This document shows positions 47,915-57,839 of a DNA stretch of 64,000 bases, one piece after another. The DNA is from Eubacteriales bacterium (lineage in GTDB: Bacteria; Bacillota; Clostridia; Oscillospirales; CAG-272): assembly GCA_045659245.1 (NCBI GenBank), contig JAZOWN010000037.1:10655-74654 (forward strand), given 5' to 3'. Made by a program: the position numbers and the translations under genes. Within the stretch, counting starts at the first letter, position 1. The number at the start of each line of letters is the position of its first letter. The notes below the pieces were generated by a model. It searched no databases and had not been told where the DNA came from. It saw only the letters and a program-made list of their open reading frames with translations.

Positions 47915-47993
47915 TAAATAGGGTTACATCGGCAAGATGCGCGGCGGCGCAGGCGCGCACACGCATTGATTTTAATATAATCCCGTAGATGTT

Positions 47994-48018
47994 GGGCTGC
48001 AAAAACGCAGCCCTTTTT
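47994..48018 (+). terminator. Intrinsic terminator ending the early/replication region
   Basis: GGGCTGC-AAAAAC-GCAGCCC-TTTTT. Confidence 0.75.
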
Positions 48019-48082
48019 GTGCGTGGTTTTTAACGAAAATATCCAAATTTTACATAAAAATATTCGAGTTTGATATATTCGT

Positions 48083-48111
48083 TTGACTTTTAAAAAAACA
48101 AGTGATATACT
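48083..48111 (+). promoter_or_regulatory. Putative late-operon promoter
   Basis: TTGACT-17 nt-TATACT with extended TG, upstream of terS. Confidence 0.6.
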
Positions 48112-48196
48112 GAAAAAAACAAGACGGAGTACTGCTATATGTACCATACATGGCAGCGCTCCGTCATTTTTTTATTCCGAGAGGGAGGTGTGCCGT

Positions 48197-48595
48197 GTGG
48201 CAGAGAAAAAATTCAAAACAGCGGCGCAGCTCGCCGGTGCGTGGCGGAGATATAAAAAATATTGCGACGAATATACGGTGACGCGGCGTACTGAGGAGGA
48301 CGGGCGTGTTCGGGTTACGGTTATTTCCAGCCCCCTGACCTACACGATTGACGGATTTTGTGTCTTTGAGGGGATAACCCGCCAAGTGTTTTACCGAAAT
48401 TACTCAAAGGTTGAGCCGTTTTGTCACGTTTTTGAGCGTATGCGCGACGAATGTGAGGTTGATGCCCGCGTTAAATTTGAAACGGGGCGCATTCCTTCAA
48501 AGCTTGCGCCGCTCTGGATGGGGCGATATGGATATTCAAGCAAGCCCTTAGAGGCAGAGCAGGACACGGATATAGTTCGCTTTGAGGACTTATGA
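48197..48595 (+). CDS. Terminase small subunit (putative)
   Basis: Directly upstream of TerL; PLTYTIDGFCVFEGI resembles packaging-protein HTH motifs. Confidence 0.7.
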   Translation: MAEKKFKTAAQLAGAWRRYKKYCDEYTVTRRTEEDGRVRVTVISSPLTYTIDGFCVFEGITRQVFYRNYSKVEPFCHVFERMRDECEVDARVKFETGRIPSKLAPLWMGRYGYSSKPLEAEQDTDIVRFEDL

Positions 48596-50394
48596 CAGTA
48601 TCCGAACTTATTGACAAGCGTCGTGCACGCTGGCGTGAGCTGGAAGACATAGAGTACGACAGGAGGCTTGTTGCCGCTGCTGTGCGGCTTATGCTTTCAG
48701 ATGCCGGTATGCGGAGCGAGGTGGTAGAAAAGCCTTACTTGCTTATTGAACTCTGCTTTGACATAGTTGACAAACGGCAGCGTAGCGTGCCCTTCTTTTT
48801 CAACGACGTTCAAAGTGATTTTATAGAGCAGCTAGAGAAGTACGGCACACACAAGCCATATATCATTCTTAAGGGGCGACAACAAGGTTTTACGACCGTT
48901 ATCACAGCCATACAGCTATCCTTCGCTATAGTTCGCCGCAACTTCTCGGGCTTTACTCTCGCCGACTGCTCTGCTAATACTCAGAGCATATTCAACGACA
49001 AGGCAAGGATGCCATATTCCCGTTTGCCGGGGGAGCTTAAGCCCCGAGAGAAGTTCAATAGTGCCAAAGAGCTGTTTTTCGATAAGCTCAATTCCTCCTG
49101 GCGTACCGCCACCGCCACTAAATATGCAGGACGTTCAAAGACCCTAAACTTCGTTCACCTTTCCGAGGCGGCCTTTTACAGCTGTACCTTATCAGAGCTT
49201 CAGGCATCTATCGCGCCTGCCATGACGGAGGACACCTTCTGCGTTTACGAGTCAACGGCTAACGGCTTTAACGAGTTCTACGAGCTATGGGAGTCGGGAA
49301 GCTGCGTCAATTTATTTTACGGTTGGTGGCGGACGGCGGAATATAGGAGCACTCATTATGAGGCGCTCGAAACGGACGATAAATGGCTTGCCGACCGCAT
49401 AGAGGTGCTTCGTCGCATGGGGCTTGACCGCGAGCAGATCACGTGGTACTGTGAGAGATACGCAGAGTACGTAGACAAGAGTCTCATACGCCAGGAATAT
49501 CCCTGCTCGCCGGAGGAAGCATTCGTTGCATCGGGTGACTGCATCTTCAACAAGGATACGATACAGAACCGTATTATCGAATGCGGCCGCAATAAGGCTC
49601 CCCGCATCGGTAACTTTGAATATACTCGAACGCGAATTCCTATCAAGGATTCAGAGGGACGAGTGGTCGATACTCGCACTGTTATATCCGATGTGCACTT
49701 TGAGGAAAGTCTTGACGGCTGCATAAGACTTCATGAGGATCCGATTGTAAAGCGAGACGGATATGGAAATATTACCGCTCGTGCGCCATACGTAATAGGT
49801 GGAGATACAGCCGGAACGGGTGAGGATTTCTTTGCGGCAAAGGTTATTTGTAACCTCGACGGACATACTGTGGCGACGCTTCATCGCAAGCAGATGGACG
49901 AGGATATTTATGCCGAGCAGCTATATTGCCTCGGCAGATACTACCACAATGCTCTGATAGGTGTCGAGATCAACTACAGCCGGCAGCCTATGAGAATACT
50001 TGCGGAATACGAATATCCAAATCTTTATTTGCGTGAGAAAATAGACAAGATGACGGACAAGCCAGAGATGGTATACGGCTTTGAAACGACGCCGAAAACG
50101 CGCCCGGTTATAGTTGCGGAACTGGTTAAGCTTATGAGAGATCAGCCGGAGCTTGAATGTGACGTGCCTACGCTGAAGGAGATGACGGTGTTCGTCAAGA
50201 AAAGCAACGGACGGCAGGAGGCACAAAGCGGAGCTCACGATGATCTTGTGATTTCACTTGCCATAGCTCATTTTATATCAAGTCAGCAGACGGCATCGTA
50301 TATACCAGAGAAGGATGAAAACGAAGGCTTTGTTGCCCGCAATTTCAATTTTGAGGATAAGGGTGCCGATGAACAAATATGGGAGGATTACTGA
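48592..50394 (+). CDS. Terminase large subunit
   Basis: ILKGRQQGFTT Walker A, HLSEAAF, ESTANG, GGDTAG and HDDLV motifs. Confidence 0.92.
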   Translation: MTVSELIDKRRARWRELEDIEYDRRLVAAAVRLMLSDAGMRSEVVEKPYLLIELCFDIVDKRQRSVPFFFNDVQSDFIEQLEKYGTHKPYIILKGRQQGFTTVITAIQLSFAIVRRNFSGFTLADCSANTQSIFNDKARMPYSRLPGELKPREKFNSAKELFFDKLNSSWRTATATKYAGRSKTLNFVHLSEAAFYSCTLSELQASIAPAMTEDTFCVYESTANGFNEFYELWESGSCVNLFYGWWRTAEYRSTHYEALETDDKWLADRIEVLRRMGLDREQITWYCERYAEYVDKSLIRQEYPCSPEEAFVASGDCIFNKDTIQNRIIECGRNKAPRIGNFEYTRTRIPIKDSEGRVVDTRTVISDVHFEESLDGCIRLHEDPIVKRDGYGNITARAPYVIGGDTAGTGEDFFAAKVICNLDGHTVATLHRKQMDEDIYAEQLYCLGRYYHNALIGVEINYSRQPMRILAEYEYPNLYLREKIDKMTDKPEMVYGFETTPKTRPVIVAELVKLMRDQPELECDVPTLKEMTVFVKKSNGRQEAQSGAHDDLVISLAIAHFISSQQTASYIPEKDENEGFVARNFNFEDKGADEQIWEDY

Positions 50395-50594
50395 TGTTTG
50401 TACGAAAAAAAGATTTTATCAAGCTTTGTATGCGAGTTTTAGCTCTTGAGAAGCGCGTCAAGACTTTGACGGCACCCAAGAAGACTGTGTCGGATCTTAC
50501 TCTTGAGCTTCGACGTGCTGAAGAAGAAAGACAAGCCGCAAACGGTACGTTTAACGAATGGCTGAACGGCGAGGAGGAAGAAGAGAATGGCTGA
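50394..50594 (+). CDS. Hypothetical phage protein
   Basis: Small ORF coupled to TerL and portal. Confidence 0.6.
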   Translation: MFVRKKDFIKLCMRVLALEKRVKTLTAPKKTVSDLTLELRRAEEERQAANGTFNEWLNGEEEEENG

Positions 50595-52521
50595 ACGTGA
50601 CGTCACGTCGCTTTGGCGTGATTATGAGCGCGGTCAGGCATACCAGGCGTCGATCGGACTTACTAAGAATTTACCGCAGTTCGTTCGCTTTTTCGAGGGT
50701 AAGCAATGGCCCGCGCCTACGGAAAAGACAAAGAATCTGCCGCGTCCCGTCGTAAATATCATAAAAATGATATGCCGAAACAAGAAGAGCGCAATACTCT
50801 CAACGCCTGTAAAGCTGGTATATCACACCGAGGACGAGACGGTAGACGTTGACCGCTTCAACAGGTTTGCCGAATATATCCAAAAGGAAATGGGCCAGGA
50901 TGCGCTGGACAAGCGAGCGGTCGACGATGCTGTCAAAAAAGGACCGTACTTTTACCACTATTATTGGGACTCGGAGGCAAAAGGAAAGAGGGGGGATCGT
51001 GACGGAGCTCTCCGCGGCGAGATAATAGATCCTCTGAAGATATTCTTTGCTAATCCGCGAGAGCATGACGAGCAAAAGCAACGGTGGATACTTATAGCCT
51101 CCCGCGAGGATGTTTCCGCTGTCAGAGCTGCTGCGGATAAAGACGTTGATCCCGATACAATAATTTCCGATACCGAGAACGACAAATACGGAACACCCGA
51201 ACAAGAGGGAGACCGTCTTTGTACTGTAGTGACACGTTATTTCCGTAAGAATGGAGAGGTATACTGCGAAAAGGCGACAAAAGGAGTGGTAGTAAACAAG
51301 CCGTTTCCAATTTCGCCCGACGTTAAGGCGGCAAGGCTTGAGATCGACGGAAATGACGAAGAAATAGACGCCCCCAACACCACCCTTCCTGATAGCGGAA
51401 GAGAAGAAAGCAACGTTCCGGAAGGAACGCGGGCTTATCTTTATCCCATAGTTGCAGGAAGCTACGAGAACCGCGAGGATAGCATATACGGCATTGGAGA
51501 GGTTGAAGGCCTGATACCAAATCAAAAGGCGATAAATTTCTTCCTTGCTATGTCCTTGCTTAATGCACAGGAAAATGCGTGGGGAAAATATATAGTACTT
51601 CCAAAGGCACTGCAAGGACAGGTGATAAAAAACGAGCCGGGACAGGTGCTTACGGATCACACGAATACCGGCTCAGGTATACGTAAGATGACCGAGCAAG
51701 GTATGCAGAGTCAACCCCTTCAGCTTGTAGATACATTGACAAATCTTACTCGCGTTGTTACAGGATCGTCGGAGGTTATGACCGGCGAGACCGTTCAATC
51801 CGGAATGTCGGGTGCGGCTATTGCTCAGCTTCAATCGCAGGCTCTATTGCCGACGGAGGAGTTGAAAGCGTCCTTCTGGCTTGTAAAAGAAAAGCAGGGC
51901 AGGGTTATCGCTCAATTCTGCAAGCTCTTTTACAGCGACAAGGAATTTGCCTATGAGGACGATATCCCGGCACTTAACGAGATGGGAGAAATTAAGATGG
52001 ATGCGTCCGGAATGCCCATGATGGAGAGAGGTACCGTAAGAGACGTATTTAACGGTGCTGAATACCGCGACGTATGCTTTGATGTTGTAGTTGAGGCAAC
52101 CAGCGGCACGAAGGCAAGCGCAGCGGGAGACATTAATGCTCTTGATACGCTGCTTGCGGGTAATCGCATAAGCCTCAAGACTTATCTAAACGCCTATCCC
52201 AAGGACGCGCTTTCCAACAGAGAAGAAATACTCAAGGGCGTTCGGGAGGACGAAGAAGGCCAAATAGCTCAGCTTACGGCGCAGGTGCAGCAGCTTACCA
52301 CAGCGCTTGAGAGCGCGGCTGCCGAAAAGGAGAGAAATGCTGAAACGGTAAGCCAAATCACCAAGCTTATAGACGAAAACCAATCTTTGCGTATGTATAT
52401 CGCACGGCATTTCCTTGAATTTAGAGGCAAGATAAACGATGCAAACGCCAAGATTGCAGAAGCGCAGTCAGATGCAACCGCATTTGCGGAGGATATAGCG
52501 TCTACAATAGGACTTACTTGA
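50587..52521 (+). CDS. Portal protein (P22-like)
   Basis: FFEGKQW, SGAAI and C-terminal coiled coil; follows TerL. Confidence 0.85.
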   Translation: MAERDVTSLWRDYERGQAYQASIGLTKNLPQFVRFFEGKQWPAPTEKTKNLPRPVVNIIKMICRNKKSAILSTPVKLVYHTEDETVDVDRFNRFAEYIQKEMGQDALDKRAVDDAVKKGPYFYHYYWDSEAKGKRGDRDGALRGEIIDPLKIFFANPREHDEQKQRWILIASREDVSAVRAAADKDVDPDTIISDTENDKYGTPEQEGDRLCTVVTRYFRKNGEVYCEKATKGVVVNKPFPISPDVKAARLEIDGNDEEIDAPNTTLPDSGREESNVPEGTRAYLYPIVAGSYENREDSIYGIGEVEGLIPNQKAINFFLAMSLLNAQENAWGKYIVLPKALQGQVIKNEPGQVLTDHTNTGSGIRKMTEQGMQSQPLQLVDTLTNLTRVVTGSSEVMTGETVQSGMSGAAIAQLQSQALLPTEELKASFWLVKEKQGRVIAQFCKLFYSDKEFAYEDDIPALNEMGEIKMDASGMPMMERGTVRDVFNGAEYRDVCFDVVVEATSGTKASAAGDINALDTLLAGNRISLKTYLNAYPKDALSNREEILKGVREDEEGQIAQLTAQVQQLTTALESAAAEKERNAETVSQITKLIDENQSLRMYIARHFLEFRGKINDANAKIAEAQSDATAFAEDIASTIGLT

Positions 52522-52596
52522 TAAAAAGGCGAGCTCCGCTATACGTACGTATATACTTACGTATGTTTTACGCAGCGGCGTGCAGTCTGTTTTTAT

Positions 52597-52670
52597 ATCG
52601 CAGGCAAAAGCGTAAAAATCCATCGCAGGCAAAAGCGTAAAAATCCATCGCATGTAACGCGCAAAAATCA
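52597..52670 (+). repeat. Tandem 25-bp direct repeats
   Basis: ATCGCAGGCAAAAGCGTAAAAATCC twice, plus a degenerate third copy. Confidence 0.9.
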
Positions 52671-52685
52671 AAAAGGAGGAGAGTT

Positions 52686-53429
52686 ATGGAGGACGAAAGA
52701 TCCATGACCGAGACGGCTGAGGAGCTGTCCGAAACAGAGACGTCCGATACGGAATTTTCGGGCGAGGGTGCAGAGAGGGAGGACGAGGGCGCCAAGTCTT
52801 CCGAAAAGGGCACTAAAAGCGCCAGATGGGCGCGCAGCAGACGAGCAGCTGAACAAAAGATGCTCGCAGAAACGCGGAACGCTGCCAGCATCGAGGCAAC
52901 GGGAGGCAAGAACCACTTTACGGGGGAGGATATCAAGGACACAAGAGATATTGACGAATATCTTTTGATGAAGGATATTGAAAAACGGGGTGGAGATCCC
53001 GTTATGGACTATGCCAAATACTCAAAGGAAAAGCTCAGAGAGAGTGACGCGGAAACTGAAAAAAACCGTGAAACCGAAGAATTTATAGAGAGGGATAGAC
53101 AAGCTTTTATAGCCAAATATCCCGACGTTGATATTTCTGAGCTTGTAAACGATGAGGGCTTCCGCATATTTGCGGGAGACAGGGCAGGTAAGGTTCCACT
53201 TGGGGAGCTTTACGAGGACTATGAAAAGCTGGGGGCAAAGCTTGAGGAACGCGCAAAGAGGCGCGAGGCGCAGAGAATTGCCAACAGCAGGGCGACTCCC
53301 GGCGCTCTATCGAGCTCTGACGTCGCGGAGCCTTCCTTCTATACACCCGAGCAAGTGAGAGCGATGACTCTGGCTCAGGTGAAAGAGAACTATGATAAAA
53401 TCAGAGCTTCAATGAAAAACTGGAAATAA
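52686..53429 (+). CDS. Capsid scaffolding protein (putative)
   Basis: Acidic N-terminus, helical, located between portal and capsid. Confidence 0.7.
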   Translation: MEDERSMTETAEELSETETSDTEFSGEGAEREDEGAKSSEKGTKSARWARSRRAAEQKMLAETRNAASIEATGGKNHFTGEDIKDTRDIDEYLLMKDIEKRGGDPVMDYAKYSKEKLRESDAETEKNRETEEFIERDRQAFIAKYPDVDISELVNDEGFRIFAGDRAGKVPLGELYEDYEKLGAKLEERAKRREAQRIANSRATPGALSSSDVAEPSFYTPEQVRAMTLAQVKENYDKIRASMKNWK

Positions 53430-53449
53430 GACATAGGAGGAAATAAGAA

Positions 53450-54313
53450 ATGTCATTTGCAAATTTTATCCCTACCGTCTGGGCGGAGGGAATACAGCGT
53501 GACCTTGAGCGCTCCTGCGTATTCGTAGAGGACTGTAATCGCGAGTATGAGGGAGACGTCAAGGAAAAGGGCGAGAGCGTCAAGATACTCGGCGTAGGAA
53601 AGCCCACCATAAGAACTCTTGATAAGAGCAACAGAAACGGCAATATCGAGTCGGCAGAGGAGATCGAGGATACTTCCGTTATCATGTATATCAACCAGAT
53701 AAGATATTTCAATTATATGGTTGGTGACATAGACAAGGCGCAGGCTTCCGGAAAGATCATGGACGCTCTTTCCAAGGAGACTACGGAAGGTCTGGCAAAC
53801 GCGCAGGACAAGTACATAGCTGATATGGCGCAGGATAAGACCGTTAAAAAGCTCTACAATGCCGCAAAGCTCGTTACGAGCGGTGCTTCCGATGCAAGCG
53901 CAAAGAACGTGCTTTACGTCCTTGACGAGGCGCTTGAGAGACTTTACGAGAACGACGTCAACTCCAATACGGAAATAGTCGTTACCGTTTCTCCCCGCTT
54001 TTATACGCTTTTTAAGCAGGCGTATATTACCCGCGACACTGATAATTCGGACATTCTCAAAAACGGTCGCGTCGGCCGCTACGGAAACGTTACCGTAAAG
54101 ATGTCTAACAACGTTTCACGCTCCGCTGACAAGTCGGAGGACCACATTATGATCAGAACTAAGAGGGCAATTGCCTTTGCTTGCCCCTTCGTTCATACGG
54201 AGGCGTACCGTCCCGAAAGCAAGTTCGCGGACGCAGTAAAGGGACTTATACTCTTTGACGGTAAGATTGTTCGTCCGAAGGAAATGATCGATATTAACGT
54301 CAAGTATCAGTAA
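53450..54313 (+). CDS. Major capsid protein (P22-coat-like)
   Basis: NFIPTVWA, NREYEGD...GESVKI, FADAVKGL..FDGKIVRP. Confidence 0.88.
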   Translation: MSFANFIPTVWAEGIQRDLERSCVFVEDCNREYEGDVKEKGESVKILGVGKPTIRTLDKSNRNGNIESAEEIEDTSVIMYINQIRYFNYMVGDIDKAQASGKIMDALSKETTEGLANAQDKYIADMAQDKTVKKLYNAAKLVTSGASDASAKNVLYVLDEALERLYENDVNSNTEIVVTVSPRFYTLFKQAYITRDTDNSDILKNGRVGRYGNVTVKMSNNVSRSADKSEDHIMIRTKRAIAFACPFVHTEAYRPESKFADAVKGLILFDGKIVRPKEMIDINVKYQ

Positions 54314-54337
54314 GCTTGAAGGGAAAGGAGAAAGAAT

Positions 54338-54661
54338 ATGAACGTAATTCAGAGAAATACTCCCGCGCTCGTTTCGCTGACCGCGCTTACGGCAAGCACC
54401 GACACTCCCATCACTTGGGATGAGAGCGACGAAAAGATAGTTATGGTTATCGTTTCATCGTCTACGTCGGATACCACTCTTACCGTTAAGGCAGGCAACG
54501 GCATTCAGGGCGTTGCCGATCTTACCGTTACCGTATCCAAGGGAACGTCCTTGCTGAAGCTTGAGAGCGGTTTCTACAAGAACGTCAGCGGTGCCAATAA
54601 GGGCAAGATCGTTATTAACTCGCCTACGGCTCTTTCTGTTGGCGTTTGCGCAATGATATAA
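54338..54661 (+). CDS. Putative capsid decoration protein
   Basis: Small beta-rich ORF right after the capsid gene. Confidence 0.5.
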   Translation: MNVIQRNTPALVSLTALTASTDTPITWDESDEKIVMVIVSSSTSDTTLTVKAGNGIQGVADLTVTVSKGTSLLKLESGFYKNVSGANKGKIVINSPTALSVGVCAMI

Positions 54662-54671
54662 AAAACAAAAC

Positions 54672-54700
54672 GGCATGGCCACTGTGCCATGCCTTTTTTT
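54672..54700 (+). terminator. Terminator after the capsid genes
   Basis: GGCATGGC-CACTGT-GCCATGCC-T7. Confidence 0.8.
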
Positions 54701-54718
54701 GATAAGAAAGGAGTTATT

Positions 54719-55381
54719 ATGAAGCTCGGAGAAATTAAATTACAGACTCTGCTTATGATGAACGCCAACGGAATGGATGATATCAGAGCAGGGGCTGGAA
54801 TAACGGCGGCTAGCATTGGAGAGCATATTTCTTCTTTGATGCAAATGGAGGCTTACTCAGACTATCTGATAGCAATGCCGGGCGCGATAAACCGCTGCTT
54901 CGGTGAGCTTGAGAACAGACGGGTATTGGCTGCCTTGCCGCTTATGAGTGTTACTCTTCCTATTGTGACACAGACAGTGGGAGTCAGCCGTTATTCGATA
55001 AGCGAAAATGCACCAAACTTATACGAGATAGAAAGAGTGGCTTATTCAAATGCCGCGGGAATATACGTACGTAGCGCTGACTTTATACGAGAGGGAGATA
55101 CGCTTATACTTCCAGCTATTGATCCCTCGCGCGAGAGCTACACTCTCGTATATAGACGACGCATAAATAAGATAGGCGCGTACAGCGCGGACGGAGAAGA
55201 GCTTGACGTGCCCGAGAGCATTGCGGAATTTATACCGTATTACTTAAAGGCTGAGCTTTACCGCGAGGACGAGGTGAATGAAGCGCAGGCGGCGCGGGCT
55301 ATATGGGAGCAGACGGTATCCTCTCTGCTGTCCTTGACGGGAGACGTGCTCCGAGAGAGTGCTTATACTTTGGAGGTTTGA
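54719..55381 (+). CDS. Putative head-tail adaptor
   Basis: Position; MKLGEIK start and IPYYLKAELY pattern seen in podovirus adaptors. Confidence 0.55.
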   Translation: MKLGEIKLQTLLMMNANGMDDIRAGAGITAASIGEHISSLMQMEAYSDYLIAMPGAINRCFGELENRRVLAALPLMSVTLPIVTQTVGVSRYSISENAPNLYEIERVAYSNAAGIYVRSADFIREGDTLILPAIDPSRESYTLVYRRRINKIGAYSADGEELDVPESIAEFIPYYLKAELYREDEVNEAQAARAIWEQTVSSLLSLTGDVLRESAYTLEV

Positions 55382-55382
55382 T

Positions 55383-57839
55383 ATGGGAATAGCTAACGTA
55401 CAGCTTAAGGAAAGAAAAACGCTGACACTAAGCGATTTCCGCGGGGTGGATTTCTCGTCCTCACTGTTTTCCGTTGCTCCTAACCGAGCTGTTGACATGG
55501 AAAACTTAATGATCTCCAATGGAAGAATCTGCAAGCGCCCTGGGTGGGAGGTTATATCTCGAGTAAATACAAATGAAGCCATAAAAGGTATTCACTATTA
55601 TGATGACGGGAAAAAAAACGGGTATCTTGTTGCTTCGGGTAAAAAACTTTATAACTATTACAGTAAAGATGCTTTTTTAAAAGGAGATGTAAGTGATAGT
55701 TATAATATAACAACAACCTCGGGGGAATATCCTGCCGCATTCTATCCCATAAAACAAGACAAGATAATAATATTTTATGGGGGGCTATTTGTTTGCGAAT
55801 ACAATTTTTTATCAAAAGCGAATCACAAAAATAACGTTTATATCCCGACAACGAGTGTTAGTTATGCTTGCTCTGAGGGAGAAGGAAGGTTAGTCACAAA
55901 AGAAAAAATCAATATGCTGACTCGTTGGCGAAAAAATCAATTGATAAAAACGATAGAAATAGATGAGATTGAGATTGATAATACAGAAACGGAAGAAGAG
56001 GAAGAATCTTCTCCCCCACCGCAAAGAAAGCACTTCGTATTAGATGCATTTTGGAGTTCAAAATATCAAATGAGTGCGCTATTTCCCGAGGTTTATTGCG
56101 AAGAGGATGTGTTGTATGAGGAACAAACGCTTACATCGGCAAAGTGGGAAGATCTTAAAAATGTAAACAAGCCAGAAGATTTGGATGTGTATAGTAATAC
56201 TTATGTCTTAATTGGATGTGATCCGTATACAAAAGAAACAACAGTATTTGCAACAATTACAAAAGACGATGTGTTTTTAAATACAACAAGTCTTAGATTT
56301 TCTCAAGACGCGATGGATTATTTAGGTGGAAGACAGATTATTGTTGAATATTATGCCGACGGTGAGGATCAATCGGAAATATTAAATGGTTGTAGCCGCA
56401 GTATTCTGTTTGGCTGCAACGGAAACGCTAACTGCTTATTGCTTACTGGAAACATCGAGCATAAAAACACGGTCTATTTCTCGCAGATAGATAATTATTT
56501 ATATTTTCCCGATACTAATTATTTTACTGTCGGCTCTGAGGATAGTTGCATTAGCGGCTTCTTAAGGCTTGAGGATGGTACGTTGGTTGCTTTTAAGGAC
56601 GGAGAGGGCGGAGACAGTAGGATATATTATATTAAAGGCTCGGAGTTCTCGGAATACGATTCTGACGGAGCGCTGAAATGGTATACTCTAAAATGCACCG
56701 TGTCGGCAGGAGGTATAGGGGAGCGGCTTATAGCGCCTAGTTCGATTGCAACGCTCGCAGGTGACAAGCTGATACTATCTGACAACGGAGTAAAGGGAAT
56801 TGTTATGAGTGACAATTCATTCACTACAGCAAGGTACGCTAAGGATAGAAGCTATAATATCAATGCAAGGCTGTGCAACGAAGAGAATCTATCAGAGGCG
56901 GTTGGTATTGTTTACAAGAACAGATACTATCTTGCCGTTAACGACGTATGCTACGTTGCGGATCCTGATTATCGCTTTTATCGGGATACTGACAAGGACC
57001 AGTCATTTAATTACGAATGGTGGTATTGGACTAACATTCCGGCATGTTGCTTTGCGGAGATAGAGGGAGAGCTGTGGTTCGGAACAAAGAGGGGAGCAAT
57101 CTGCCGTTTTAAAAAGGATTCCTACACAGATGACAAACGATACGAGCTACCTGATGCATGGACAAAGCTTACAGAGGATGTTGAGAAGGATCGTCTTGTG
57201 TATGGTGGTAAATCCGTTATTGAAGGTCAAGAAGAGGAAATAGTTTTTTATCCTTCCAAAAATGGAGAAGAAACCGTCATCAAAGGGGACACCGTCATCA
57301 GAGGGGAAACTAACCTCACGGGAGTGCCGCTTTTCATGGTGATGGGAAGCTACACGGAGGACGGTAAAACTTTTCCTTATATCAAACTCAAACTTCACGA
57401 AAATGATGAAAATACGATAGATATAAAAGAGTTTACCCCCGGAGAATTTCGAGCGATGCTGATAACAAGAACTCCCGTAGTGGCACGATGGGTGTCGCCT
57501 TATTTTGATATGGGAAGCAACGTATATCTCAAAACGCTTTTGCGACTGACGGTCAGCGCAGATTCGGCTGTGGGAGAGAAGCTGCGGTTCGGATATCAGA
57601 CAAAGCAGGGTAGCGCTACCCACGAGCTGCAAGGTCACAGCTATATGGACTTTGAGGATATGAGCTTTTGCGATTTCAGCTTTGATACAAAATTTGCCGA
57701 CAGCTACACGAAAAAGCTCAACGTTCGCAATTTTAATTATATCCAATTCCGTTTTGCGGCAGACGGAAAAGAAAACGTCGCCATAAACGATCTTACGGCA
57801 ACGTATAAAATCAACAAATTAAGTAGAGGTGTCAGATAA
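55383..57839 (+). CDS. Putative tail tubular / nozzle protein
   Basis: DFRGVD, NL...G.I.KRPG start and YFPD; about 820 aa, beta-rich. Confidence 0.6.
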   Translation: MGIANVQLKERKTLTLSDFRGVDFSSSLFSVAPNRAVDMENLMISNGRICKRPGWEVISRVNTNEAIKGIHYYDDGKKNGYLVASGKKLYNYYSKDAFLKGDVSDSYNITTTSGEYPAAFYPIKQDKIIIFYGGLFVCEYNFLSKANHKNNVYIPTTSVSYACSEGEGRLVTKEKINMLTRWRKNQLIKTIEIDEIEIDNTETEEEEESSPPPQRKHFVLDAFWSSKYQMSALFPEVYCEEDVLYEEQTLTSAKWEDLKNVNKPEDLDVYSNTYVLIGCDPYTKETTVFATITKDDVFLNTTSLRFSQDAMDYLGGRQIIVEYYADGEDQSEILNGCSRSILFGCNGNANCLLLTGNIEHKNTVYFSQIDNYLYFPDTNYFTVGSEDSCISGFLRLEDGTLVAFKDGEGGDSRIYYIKGSEFSEYDSDGALKWYTLKCTVSAGGIGERLIAPSSIATLAGDKLILSDNGVKGIVMSDNSFTTARYAKDRSYNINARLCNEENLSEAVGIVYKNRYYLAVNDVCYVADPDYRFYRDTDKDQSFNYEWWYWTNIPACCFAEIEGELWFGTKRGAICRFKKDSYTDDKRYELPDAWTKLTEDVEKDRLVYGGKSVIEGQEEEIVFYPSKNGEETVIKGDTVIRGETNLTGVPLFMVMGSYTEDGKTFPYIKLKLHENDENTIDIKEFTPGEFRAMLITRTPVVARWVSPYFDMGSNVYLKTLLRLTVSADSAVGEKLRFGYQTKQGSATHELQGHSYMDFEDMSFCDFSFDTKFADSYTKKLNVRNFNYIQFRFAADGKENVAINDLTATYKINKLSRGVR

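Noticed and set aside
52597-52670. Possible CRISPR array
   Set aside because: The repeats are directly tandem with no spacers, and no cas genes are present.
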